Counted from the stretch's first letter, positions 18,040-25,943 are shown. The stretch: DNA of 28,418 nt from a virus (IMGVR_UViG_3300033562_000553:1-28418); one strand, 5' to 3'. The notes: generated by a model from the sequence alone, not told the origin. Made by a program: numbers and translations.

Positions 18040-18637
18040 CTGTGCAAAAGTGTTTCTTAAACATTAGCTCAATTTCCATAAATTTATCTTGTCTTATTAC
18101 ATCAGCATAGTTTAGTGTGATCTTATTGTCAACGAAACAAGCCGCGTAGTAATGGATCGTAGCAGCAACAGCGTGCGCAATCGTGTACGAAGAAGAAGAG
18201 ACATTAGCAATTGCAGCATAGGCTACGGTATCAGAAGCATGCTGAGCGGATAGACACGTAGTATTACGGTTATTCCCGCGAATTACGTCTATAGCGCTAC
18301 TGTATAACTGCTCACTGGTATGTGTACCATCGTAGTGCCAGCGTATGTTATGAATAACTCTTCTAACTACCGTGTCATCAGGGTATACGTTTCTATAGTA
18401 TGGATAAACGCTCTCCGCAACCTCTGCTAGAAAGAGACAGTACTTCTTGTAATCAAAACACCTTAACGCCCACACAGCATCCTCAATTCCATTAAATGCG
18501 AGAATCTGACTTAGCGATACTGAAGCGTCTGGATCAGTTGTCCCTAACCGCCGAGTTAGCTTGTCCCAACCTGTATAACTATTAACCGCTTGCCCACATG
18601 GATTATAAGAGCGAATCATAGCCAGTGTTGTTATTAT
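18023..18637 (-). CDS. Conserved phage hypothetical protein (TTL..IR...PC..GW.KL family)
   Basis: IRSYNPC...GWDKL...ILAFNGIEDAVWALR. RBS spacing suggests a start at ATA 18637; the first ATG is at 18619. Confidence 0.75.
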   Translation of the reverse strand: MITTLAMIRSYNPCGQAVNSYTGWDKLTRRLGTTDPDASVSLSQILAFNGIEDAVWALRCFDYKKYCLFLAEVAESVYPYYRNVYPDDTVVRRVIHNIRWHYDGTHTSEQLYSSAIDVIRGNNRNTTCLSAQHASDTVAYAAIANVSSSSYTIAHAVAATIHYYAACFVDNKITLNYADVIRQDKFMEIELMFKKHFCTEENGK

Positions 18638-18638
18638 G

Positions 18639-18914
18639 TTACACTCCTACCAGCGTGTTAGCTTTTTCTTTAATAAACGCTATAGCTTCTTCAATGGTAA
18701 GGTGCGGATACATACGTATGTCAATATCGCCACTTGCAATCCACATTTTACTATCGTGGTCCTTGAAACCAGTTTCCACATCTCTTATGGTCCCGCCTCT
18801 AAAACCTGTTAAACAATCTAGCACAGTAATTCTCCCGTAGTCGCATTTAGCACCTACTAGAGTGTAGCTGTCACCTTGAGCTGCATCACTAAAAATAAGG
18901 TCTTGTACTTTCAT
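18639..18914 (-). CDS. Hypothetical protein
   Basis: GGAGG RBS, ATGA overlap, 91 aa. Confidence 0.75.
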   Translation of the reverse strand: MKVQDLIFSDAAQGDSYTLVGAKCDYGRITVLDCLTGFRGGTIRDVETGFKDHDSKMWIASGDIDIRMYPHLTIEEAIAFIKEKANTLVGV

Positions 18915-19240
18915 GTCTTGCCTCCTTGTAAAGATAACGCCTGAATCCTGTTAACTATATCCCATTGGTCGTCACTAAGCCTAGTGGCATGGTCTACAAC
19001 TACGCCTGAATACCTACAGCCTATATAAGAACCGTCTAGCCAAAGAGGTGATACTATGAGTAGGTCAGACCGCCCTGCCTTGTTAGCTAAATTAATAGCT
19101 ACCCAAGTATTTCTGTTAGGCCAAATATATACCGCATCTTTCGGTGCACCTCCCATCTGGCGAGTCGTTCTTCCTGTTTGTCTTAACGGATCTGCCACGT
19201 AACCTCCTATTAAATGTCGTGTTTTCCTGTTCCAACGCAT
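18911..19240 (-). CDS. Hypothetical protein with RQTGRTT (degenerate P-loop-like) motif
   Basis: AAGGA RBS; RQTGRTT...VVVDH. Confidence 0.7.
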   Translation of the reverse strand: MRWNRKTRHLIGGYVADPLRQTGRTTRQMGGAPKDAVYIWPNRNTWVAINLANKAGRSDLLIVSPLWLDGSYIGCRYSGVVVDHATRLSDDQWDIVNRIQALSLQGGKT

Positions 19241-19252
19241 TGATTATTCCTT

Positions 19253-19681
19253 TTATTCCCAGAAATTTGATGGTGGTTCGATAAGAGCTTTATGTATAGT
19301 GGAATGTTCCACTATTTTCAATATGCCCAGAAGCTCACTAAATTTAAGACTGTTAGAGGAAATATCTGTTACAGAATATTTACCCGGAGAATCATTGAGA
19401 CCAATAACCACAATCTTGGTCCATTCTTTAACACTGTTGGGGGTATCATTTTCCATTTGCGCAAGGACACGTTTTATAATATCTAACGGAGTTTCTGTTT
19501 CATCATTGACTTTTATTGGGCTTTGGACAAGATCTGTTTTCTTTGTGATAGGTGTGTATAATGGACAAGCAATGATGTTGTCATCTCCTTTCCCATTTCC
19601 AAATTTGATATCTTCACCACAGACACTACATTCTGGAAAATCATCTTTGCAACTATCACATAAATGGACATTGTTTTTCAT
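19253..19681 (-). CDS. Cys-cluster N-domain + shared C-domain protein (paralog of 20420..20971)
   Basis: GGAGG RBS; LCDSC...C...C then PLDIIKRVLAQMEND...KIVVIGL...SSN...HST. Confidence 0.8.
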   Translation of the reverse strand: MKNNVHLCDSCKDDFPECSVCGEDIKFGNGKGDDNIIACPLYTPITKKTDLVQSPIKVNDETETPLDIIKRVLAQMENDTPNSVKEWTKIVVIGLNDSPGKYSVTDISSNSLKFSELLGILKIVEHSTIHKALIEPPSNFWE

Positions 19682-19703
19682 TTCGTATTTCCTCCGGTAT
19701 CTT

Positions 19704-20114
19704 TTACAGTGTGTGTGTGTGTGTTACATTATTTCTTCCTGGTACGCTCGTACCTCTACCTCTGCCTCTACGCGGAACTCCTCCTGCGTTTAACCAGTAT
19801 GCTACTCTCGAGCCAGTCATGTCAAGTAAAGCTCCTACCTGCCGACATGATAACCCAGACTGGTAAAGCTCTTTGAGCTGTGGCAAACACTCTTTTCCAG
19901 GACTTCTTTTATTTCTAACGACACCCATCCTCCGTAGATGACAAAGGATGGTAGTTCTACGTACTTTAAACCGGTCCGCGATCTGCTGATGGGTCATTTG
20001 CGCTTTCGCCATCTGGTGAATGCACTCTGAATATGTTGAGTATTCTCCATTAACTATCTCAATCTTTTCAGCAAGATATGTTACTAACTTATCGAGCTCT
20101 GCGTAGTTAATCAT
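19704..20114 (-). CDS. Tandem helix-turn-helix protein
   Basis: MTHQQIADRFKVRRTTILCHLRRMGV and LYQSGLSCRQVGALLDMTGSRVAYWL. Confidence 0.8.
   Translation of the reverse strand: MINYAELDKLVTYLAEKIEIVNGEYSTYSECIHQMAKAQMTHQQIADRFKVRRTTILCHLRRMGVVRNKRSPGKECLPQLKELYQSGLSCRQVGALLDMTGSRVAYWLNAGGVPRRGRGRGTSVPGRNNVTHTHTL
19709..19724. repeat. (GT)8 dinucleotide microsatellite
   Basis: Eight perfect GT units, encoding THTHT at the end of the HTH gene on the - strand. Confidence 0.95.
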
Positions 20115-20260
20115 GCACCACCTTTAGGCTGTCTAAGTGTTTTATAAAGCTTAAGTGTTTGCTCAGCACTAACAATAATAGCAAGCACTAGCGCAACAAA
20201 AAAATAAGTGACCGCCAGGATAATCTCAAATATCCAAACGATTGGCGTTAATAGCCGCAT
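20111..20260 (-). CDS. 49-aa membrane protein MRLLTPIVWIFEIILAVTYFFVALVLAIIVSAEQTLKLYKTLRQPKGGA
   Basis: AAGGAG RBS; ATGA overlap with the next gene; not in the ORF track. Confidence 0.65.
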   Translation of the reverse strand: MRLLTPIVWIFEIILAVTYFFVALVLAIIVSAEQTLKLYKTLRQPKGGA

Positions 20261-20423
20261 TTCCAGCCTCTCCTTTACTTTCAACCATGAAAAGCTTACC
20301 GCAGCTCTTATGTAGAATCCTAGGGTACTCGTCTATGATAAGCTCAACATGGTGGTTACCGTATAGCTGTTTTCCACAGTGCCAACAGAACCTGAGTCGT
20401 GGTTTTTTCATAGGCCTGTTCAA
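20226..20423 (-). CDS. Small Zn-finger-like protein
   Basis: CWHC...HKSC; TTG start overlapping the previous stop. Confidence 0.65.
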   Translation of the reverse strand: MNRPMKKPRLRFCWHCGKQLYGNHHVELIIDEYPRILHKSCGKLFMVESKGEAGNAAINANRLDI

Positions 20424-20971
20424 CTCCTTGCACCTTGAGCTGTCGAATGCTTAATCAGTTCCGCCATAGCAAGTACATCTTGTAAAAGTGTATTACTGGA
20501 AACAGCTGATATGTTAAAAGCGTTGTTTCTAGTGTCAACTCCAATAACCAGGAGCTTGTCAATGGTTTTCCACTCACCCTTCAGTAAAGACCCTTCATCG
20601 CTTTCCATATCGCTGAGAACCATCTGAATGATATCATATGGGCTTCTATCTTCTCCAGTATTAGACGGCTGACGTTGACGTAACAGCCATTTAAGTTCTG
20701 ATTCAAGTTCTTTTCTCAGCTCTTCAGATATTTCTTGCGCGAGAACTTTTTTAACGCCCATGATGCGCTCAAACAGCCATACTTCTTTTGGGACAATTCC
20801 AATGGGTTTTTCTACTGGCTGTTCCGATGACGTATCTAGCGTCCAACTTTCTGTGTACATCGGTAGCGCAGCAAACACTGCACAAGAGCCGTTTCCGTCT
20901 TCGCCATAGATAACCCTACCGCCACAATTTAAAACTGAACGACTACAAAAATTACATAATACTGTATCCAT
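20420..20971 (-). CDS. Cys-cluster N-domain + shared C-domain protein (paralog of 19253..19681)
   Basis: GAGGAG RBS; LCNFC...C...C then SPYDIIQMVLSDMESD...KLLVIGV...SSN...HST. Confidence 0.8.
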   Translation of the reverse strand: MDTVLCNFCSRSVLNCGGRVIYGEDGNGSCAVFAALPMYTESWTLDTSSEQPVEKPIGIVPKEVWLFERIMGVKKVLAQEISEELRKELESELKWLLRQRQPSNTGEDRSPYDIIQMVLSDMESDEGSLLKGEWKTIDKLLVIGVDTRNNAFNISAVSSNTLLQDVLAMAELIKHSTAQGARS

Positions 20972-21012
20972 TAGTGCTCTCCTCTATTCTGGTCGATCTA
21001 ATACGTCTATAA

Positions 21013-21441
21013 TCACTTACTGAAAAGGATTAAGTGCTCAGTCATTTTCTGGATAGTGCGCGTTATTAAAGCGGTATACGCTGCTATCGCGTCTTTCTTA
21101 TGGATAAAGATACTTGCAGTACGCTGCGCCCTTACATCCAGGTAGTGGTTAAGCTCTTGGCTCTTGACTGTGAAGTACACTTTAGGAATGCCGTCTCTAA
21201 GTGATTCAGCCTTTGCGACTATCGTAAGAGTACGGAGTTCGTTAGCGCTACTAAGGTAGTATATTGTGTCACCAATATGTAATTCCCCGAAGCAGGTGGC
21301 CCTATCAGAATCTTCTATGCCTATTGATTCTATGTAGCTATCGTAAGCCTCAGTACAACGGCTTCCCTCACAACGACTTGGGTTTACTTCAAGCGTAGAC
21401 ACGCAAAACTCACACAACTTTTCTGGATCAATTTTAATCAT
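21013..21441 (-). CDS. Hypothetical protein with N-terminal Cys cluster
   Basis: AGGAG RBS; LCEFC...CEGSRC; LHIGDTIYY beta domain. Confidence 0.75.
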   Translation of the reverse strand: MIKIDPEKLCEFCVSTLEVNPSRCEGSRCTEAYDSYIESIGIEDSDRATCFGELHIGDTIYYLSSANELRTLTIVAKAESLRDGIPKVYFTVKSQELNHYLDVRAQRTASIFIHKKDAIAAYTALITRTIQKMTEHLILFSK

Positions 21442-21452
21442 TTTCGGTTCTC

Positions 21453-21637
21453 CTATTCTACATCTACATATTCAGTGATTAACGCTAGCACGGCGTCGTA
21501 AGAAATACTTCTCATTGCCTTTTCTTTAAATTCGCCTGCAGCTACTGGTAAGCCCTCTTTAAGGCCTTTACTACTGTCCCAATAAGCGCAAACACGTTTC
21601 CATCAGTTCCAATAAGCTTTACTTTAGGCTTTCTCAT
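21453..21637 (-). pseudogene. Small conserved phage protein (KPKVKLIG.DGN.F family), frameshifted
   Basis: MRKPKVKLIGTDGNVFALIGTVVKALK stops at 21542; the -1 frame continues EGLPVAAGEFKEKAMRSISYDAVLALITEYVDVE. The span is 185 nt, one short of 62 codons. Confidence 0.75.
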
Positions 21638-21650
21638 TCAGTCCCGCCCT

Positions 21651-22435
21651 TTAAAATTTACAAATGATGAATATAAATACGCCAAGAGCTGCAACGATTG
21701 CACCAAGAGCTACTGCAAGACAGCTACCAATAACTTCCTTGACCGAATACTTGGTCTCGGTTGAACCAATAAAACATCCTGGATTTTCTTCTTCAGGTAG
21801 AGCGTATGTCCGAGATACATTTTTACTTCCATGATAAGTTCCAGTAACGTTGGCAGGAACCCAATAGTACTGACCACTATCAAGTTTTCCGTAGATAGCT
21901 GATTGAACATTATTTGATCGAAGAAAGATATGTCCATCTTCAGTTATGATTCCTCGGCCTGGACCTTGGTTTACAGAGTTACCAGTAATCTCTCCAAATA
22001 CATTCACGGTAAGATTCACAATATCATTTTGATCAGTTATCAGTCTATAAGAACCGGCGTAATCAGCAACATCTTCTACAGCTATTTCGTGTCCTTCAAT
22101 AGTTCCAGAAGACACATATCCATTGTCACTTTTTGCCAGGCACCGACTATTGCACCATCGAAACCAACGGTAGCCGTTATCCAGGTACCGTCCTGGAGTC
22201 CAGCTCTAAGAATATTGTTTTGCAGAACGGAAACAGTACCAAACTGCGATTTATTATAAGTTTCCGACCAAGCAACCACGTAAGATGTGGCAGCATCTCC
22301 GTTATAATATAACGCGAAGCTACCACTGGTTGCTCCAGTATATGTCCCGGTATACGTTTCACCGAACGCGAGATAGGACACACTTAGAGTTATAAACATC
22401 ACGAGCATTAGTATTACTGGCCATATAATTTTCAT
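21651..22435 (-). pseudogene. Secreted, membrane-anchored beta-rich protein with C-terminal GCFI + TM segment, split by a frameshift
   Basis: ORFs 22082..22435 and 21651..22115 join (AWQK-SDNGYVSSGTIEG) if the T5 run at 22130-22134 is T6. N-terminal signal peptide; C-terminal PGCFIGS followed by a TM helix. Confidence 0.75.
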
Positions 22436-22456
22436 TGTCTTTATCTCCTGATTGTT

Positions 22457-22489
22457 AGATAGCCTACCAACCTGATTGGTAGACTATCT
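22457..22489 (-). other. 14-bp stem-loop between genes
   Basis: AGATAGTCTACCAA-TCAGG-TTGGTAGGCTATCT on the - strand (one G-U pair); no U tract follows. Confidence 0.7.
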
Positions 22490-22501
22490 GTAGGTTAACA
22501 G

Positions 22502-22882
22502 TTACTCAACTAGCTTACGCATAAAAGTTGTTTTAGCTACGTCACACAGAACCACACATTCTGACATGCACATTCCTGCTTGCATAAACCTCATATGGTA
22601 TGACTCATCTGCGTCATTAAGCGCGAGTATCATCATCTTCTTAGCCTTACTCATCGCGGATAGAGGGTCTTCTACTTCTTGCACCGCCGCAAATAAGGCG
22701 TCTAACGGTAACCAGGTATTGGCATTGTTAGCGCGTGTCGCCATTAGCGTGACATTCGACTTTCTTGTTTCTAGTGAGGTAACTAATGACGTCACTCCGC
22801 TACGTACGTCAGTGAGATCACTCAAAGACTTAAGACTTGCTACAATATCTGATACTTTAACGTAACCATTCCTGATCACCAT
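22502..22882 (-). CDS. Hypothetical helical protein
   Basis: AGGAG RBS, 126 aa. Confidence 0.75.
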   Translation of the reverse strand: MVIRNGYVKVSDIVASLKSLSDLTDVRSGVTSLVTSLETRKSNVTLMATRANNANTWLPLDALFAAVQEVEDPLSAMSKAKKMMILALNDADESYHMRFMQAGMCMSECVVLCDVAKTTFMRKLVE

Positions 22883-22892
22883 TGACTAACTC

Positions 22893-23453
22893 CTATTTTG
22901 ACTCATCGTTTATAAAGAAAAGCTGGCTTGGCGGAATTACCTTCTCAACTGTGCCACTGAAATCACCTTCTGGAATTACTTTTTCAACTACATCTTGGAA
23001 ATTACTTTCTAGTATTACTTTTTTAACCTCAATCGGTAAATTACTTTTACACTGTAATACAGATTGTTCAATATTACGTTTTAGATATACTAAGGCGTCG
23101 GGCGTACTATTCTCCAGTATATTAGCGACCGGTCTAGGCAGCGCTTCAAAAACGTCTTTTACTGCCCGTGAAAGGACGTTCCTTTTCTGGTCGTTCGTTA
23201 AAGTACCTGTTGGACTAACCGCCTTAAGCTGTTTTACTGTTGTCTGCATAAGATTCGCTACAACCGTGTTAATAGTAGCAGCGACAACTGCAAATGCACG
23301 ATCTACTGCGTCATTACGCAGCTTTGTGTGCAGGTAACTTTTGGCTACGGTTAACACAGCTGTGAGAACACCAGTGACAATAATACCTCCTACGTTCAGC
23401 ATTGTAGGTAAGACTGACGGCGCTATGTCTCCCCAAATAGTTGCGATACTCAT
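22893..23453 (-). CDS. LL-H-holin-like single-TM protein
   Basis: N-terminal TM helix then QTTVKQLK...GTLT..QK...YLKRNIEQSV, a pattern resembling LL-H-type holins; C-terminal 12-aa repeats. Confidence 0.55.
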   Translation of the reverse strand: MSIATIWGDIAPSVLPTMLNVGGIIVTGVLTAVLTVAKSYLHTKLRNDAVDRAFAVVAATINTVVANLMQTTVKQLKAVSPTGTLTNDQKRNVLSRAVKDVFEALPRPVANILENSTPDALVYLKRNIEQSVLQCKSNLPIEVKKVILESNFQDVVEKVIPEGDFSGTVEKVIPPSQLFFINDESK

Positions 23454-23474
23454 AATACTTCTCCTTGTCTACGG

Positions 23475-23966
23475 TTAATGTTGTTGAGAATGCGCCATCA
23501 TCCTATCCGCAGTGTCTTTTAAATTGTAACATAGAACTGCAACTTGTGAGGTTCCTGGGCACAAATCAAAAATCTTGCGGACATTTTGTATGGCTACGTT
23601 AATGTAGTCTATCACTTGGACCTTACGACCATTCGTTAGGGTCGCGTCTTTTAATTGGGTGTTGCTTGTTTGAACAGCGAGTAGAAAGTCAGGTGTTGTA
23701 CACATGCGTGCTTTCACTAGCTCCGTCGCCCTATCCAACTCTGCATAAGTTATAGTGTAATTCCATGAAGTCAGAGCAGTTGCTAGGCAAGTCCGTACTG
23801 AGTACAGGGCGTTAGTTATACCCGTCATGTGCGTGTCAGAAAGCGCAGTGCCGTCTTCATAGCGAAGGTGGGGCACATAAGATTGTACAACGTCAACTAG
23901 ATTAGCGTTACATAGGACGAACGCTATGTAGTTAGACTTAGCTGATGACAGTGGATTGAAATACAT
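23475..23966 (-). CDS. Hypothetical protein
   Basis: Start reassigned to ATG 23966 (AAAGGA RBS). Confidence 0.7.
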   Translation of the reverse strand: MYFNPLSSAKSNYIAFVLCNANLVDVVQSYVPHLRYEDGTALSDTHMTGITNALYSVRTCLATALTSWNYTITYAELDRATELVKARMCTTPDFLLAVQTSNTQLKDATLTNGRKVQVIDYINVAIQNVRKIFDLCPGTSQVAVLCYNLKDTADRMMAHSQQH

Positions 23967-23995
23967 TTGTGTTTCCTTTGCTGGTGTTGGGTCCA

Positions 23996-24098
23996 TTTAA
24001 GCGTTCTAAGACTACTTATCTTAAAACTAAGCCTGTTATATAGGTCTATTAAGATAGTCAATCTAGGCTCAATTTAAGAGCGTTCATTCTCGCTTAAA
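23996..24098. repeat. Imperfect palindrome, copy B of the repeated intergenic element
   Basis: Shares TAAGACTA and TTATATAGGTCTAT with 14547-14588; arms TTTAAGCG/CGCTTAAA and TATCTTAA/TTAAGATA. Confidence 0.65.
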
Positions 24099-24113
24099 GG
24101 TTGTTTGTTAGTA

Positions 24114-24359
24114 TTATAATTGCCTATACTTATCACAAGCATTACACGTAGCGTCAACTATGTTGTTCATGGTACAGCGCTTAAAGTTATCATGGAACGT
24201 GTTATACAGCGTCTTAGGGTAATTAGTAAAGTGAGCGCATGTTCCACAGTAGGGCCCTACCAAATAGACTTTACGTTCCCGCTTATCTTTTGGCGTGGCC
24301 TGTTCTGTTTGCTTCTTCAGTTTAGCAAGTAACTTAGCGATATTACTGTTTGGTGTCAT
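24114..24359 (-). CDS. Small Cys-rich protein
   Basis: GGAGG RBS; CGTCAHF...RC...CNACD. Confidence 0.75.
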   Translation of the reverse strand: MTPNSNIAKLLAKLKKQTEQATPKDKRERKVYLVGPYCGTCAHFTNYPKTLYNTFHDNFKRCTMNNIVDATCNACDKYRQL

Positions 24360-25096
24360 TATCAGCCTCCGTGATCTTTACAACTAAGTCAAGGTATCTT
24401 TTATACTCTTTTATCTCCGCCGCAGTATACCGATTAGTAGCGCCAACAGATTCATAATTTGCAAGCCACCGCGCGACATCATGGTTTTCGCATCCAATAG
24501 TTACGTGATGTACACCAGATACTTTACCACAATACGCGAATGCGTGACGACTCCCATGGATAAATAGCGGTGAGCCGTTATAAGACTCATGGTACGAACC
24601 AGCATAAACGTCCCACCGCCGAACTTACCACTATGGAAGTACCTCCATAGTACGTACCAGCTACAAATATATCACCATAGAAAGCGCCACCGTAGAAACG
24701 CCCTGCCTCAAATAGACCGCCGTTGAATCTACCGTTATAGAAGTACCCGTTATAATAGGTCCCGCCTAAATAATCCCCACCGCTAAATACACCGCCGTGG
24801 AACATGCCACCAGAGAATATGCCGCCACTATATTGGCCGCCTTTGAATGTGCCATTCCAGAATGTACCGTTTATGAATAAGCCTTTGTAGTACGTACCAC
24901 CACGAAACACTCCACCATGGAAGGTGCCACCAATAAATGCTCCCTCCCCATGGAAGATGCCTCCGAATATGTCCACGTCATTACTCCTGATAATGGATAA
25001 CGACGATACGAGAGCCTTAGTCCGTTGACCATCTCTATACAGACAGAAGAGCGCGCCTTCTTTGTCATGGTCGTGTATAGTGTACCGTGTCTGCAT
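24343..25096 (-). pseudogene. Gly/aromatic pentapeptide-repeat protein with C-terminal IGC domain, double frameshift
   Basis: [G/N]G-x-[F/Y]-x repeats continue across two -1 shifts (24637-24638, 24606-24608) into PLFIHGSRH...VTIGCENHDVARWLANY...EIKEYKRYLDL. The span is 754 nt, two short of 252 codons. Confidence 0.8.
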
Positions 25097-25455
25097 TATT
25101 CAGCATCTTTCGAGAGTAAGATGCCGAATACGTCAGAACCAACATCTTTAGCAGTACGCCTATCACCAGACCAGGGACTATACAGCCAAGCGATCCTATC
25201 GTGGTGTGCTCTGTATTGTTCTGCATGAGAAGGGTACGGCTCACGCCCACCATTTGCTGGGTCAAATAACATTTGCTCAGGCTGAGTAGTTGATTGTATA
25301 ACTGTCTTGGTTACAGCGTTTTTAGCGACCGTCTCTATTTTGATATTAGGTTGTGCTAGACAGTCAGTCAGTACCTGTCTACACTTGTCAGTGTTTACTA
25401 CTACATTAGCCTTCACTAACTCCATTAACACATAGTCTACATCCCACTGTTGCAT
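25096..25455 (-). CDS. Conserved phage hypothetical protein
   Basis: GGAGG RBS; motif-rich C-terminus FDPANG...PYPSHAEQYR...AWLYSPWSG.RR...DVGSDVFG. Confidence 0.8.
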   Translation of the reverse strand: MQQWDVDYVLMELVKANVVVNTDKCRQVLTDCLAQPNIKIETVAKNAVTKTVIQSTTQPEQMLFDPANGGREPYPSHAEQYRAHHDRIAWLYSPWSGDRRTAKDVGSDVFGILLSKDAE

Positions 25456-25464
25456 AATTGCCTC

Positions 25465-25707
25465 CTAGTTTAAGTCTTTGTCTGTCTCATTTTTGGTAAG
25501 GTCTACTTCAGCAGCGGCTAGCATTTCAAGGTCCACATCAGCAGCTAAGGCTGCAGCGACCAAAGAAAGGCTAACCGCTAGCATTGCTTTCTCATCCGCA
25601 GTAAGTATCCTTACTTTACCCTTGTATATTAACACGCTACCTGTTAGAAACTGAAACAGGTTTAGCGTAACGTCCATGAGATCGATGTGACCTGTGTCGT
25701 CACTCAT
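25465..25707 (-). CDS. Hypothetical protein
   Basis: Start reassigned to ATG 25707 (GGGAG RBS). Confidence 0.65.
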   Translation of the reverse strand: MSDDTGHIDLMDVTLNLFQFLTGSVLIYKGKVRILTADEKAMLAVSLSLVAAALAADVDLEMLAAAEVDLTKNETDKDLN

Positions 25708-25939
25708 TATTTCTCCCTTCAGCAAGCTCTTCTTCTAGCTCGCTAATATGTTGTTCGTACGCGCGACAAGTCTCGTCTAGTAACTCGAGCTCTTCTACGC
25801 GCCCTTCCAACTCTTTGATACGTGACTCACAGTGACTGCACTTTACAGTTACTGTGAGTCCTCTAGTACTCGTGTCACTGCATACACCGTCACCGCAAAT
25901 ACCGCAATACACTTCAAAGTCTACATATAGTTCTGGCAT
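25700..25939 (-). CDS. Zn-ribbon + coiled-coil protein
   Basis: Start reassigned to ATG 25939 (GGAGG RBS); CGIC...CSHC then RIKELEGRVEELE. Confidence 0.8.
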   Translation of the reverse strand: MPELYVDFEVYCGICGDGVCSDTSTRGLTVTVKCSHCESRIKELEGRVEELELLDETCRAYEQHISELEEELAEGRNNE

Positions 25940-25943
25940 GGCT

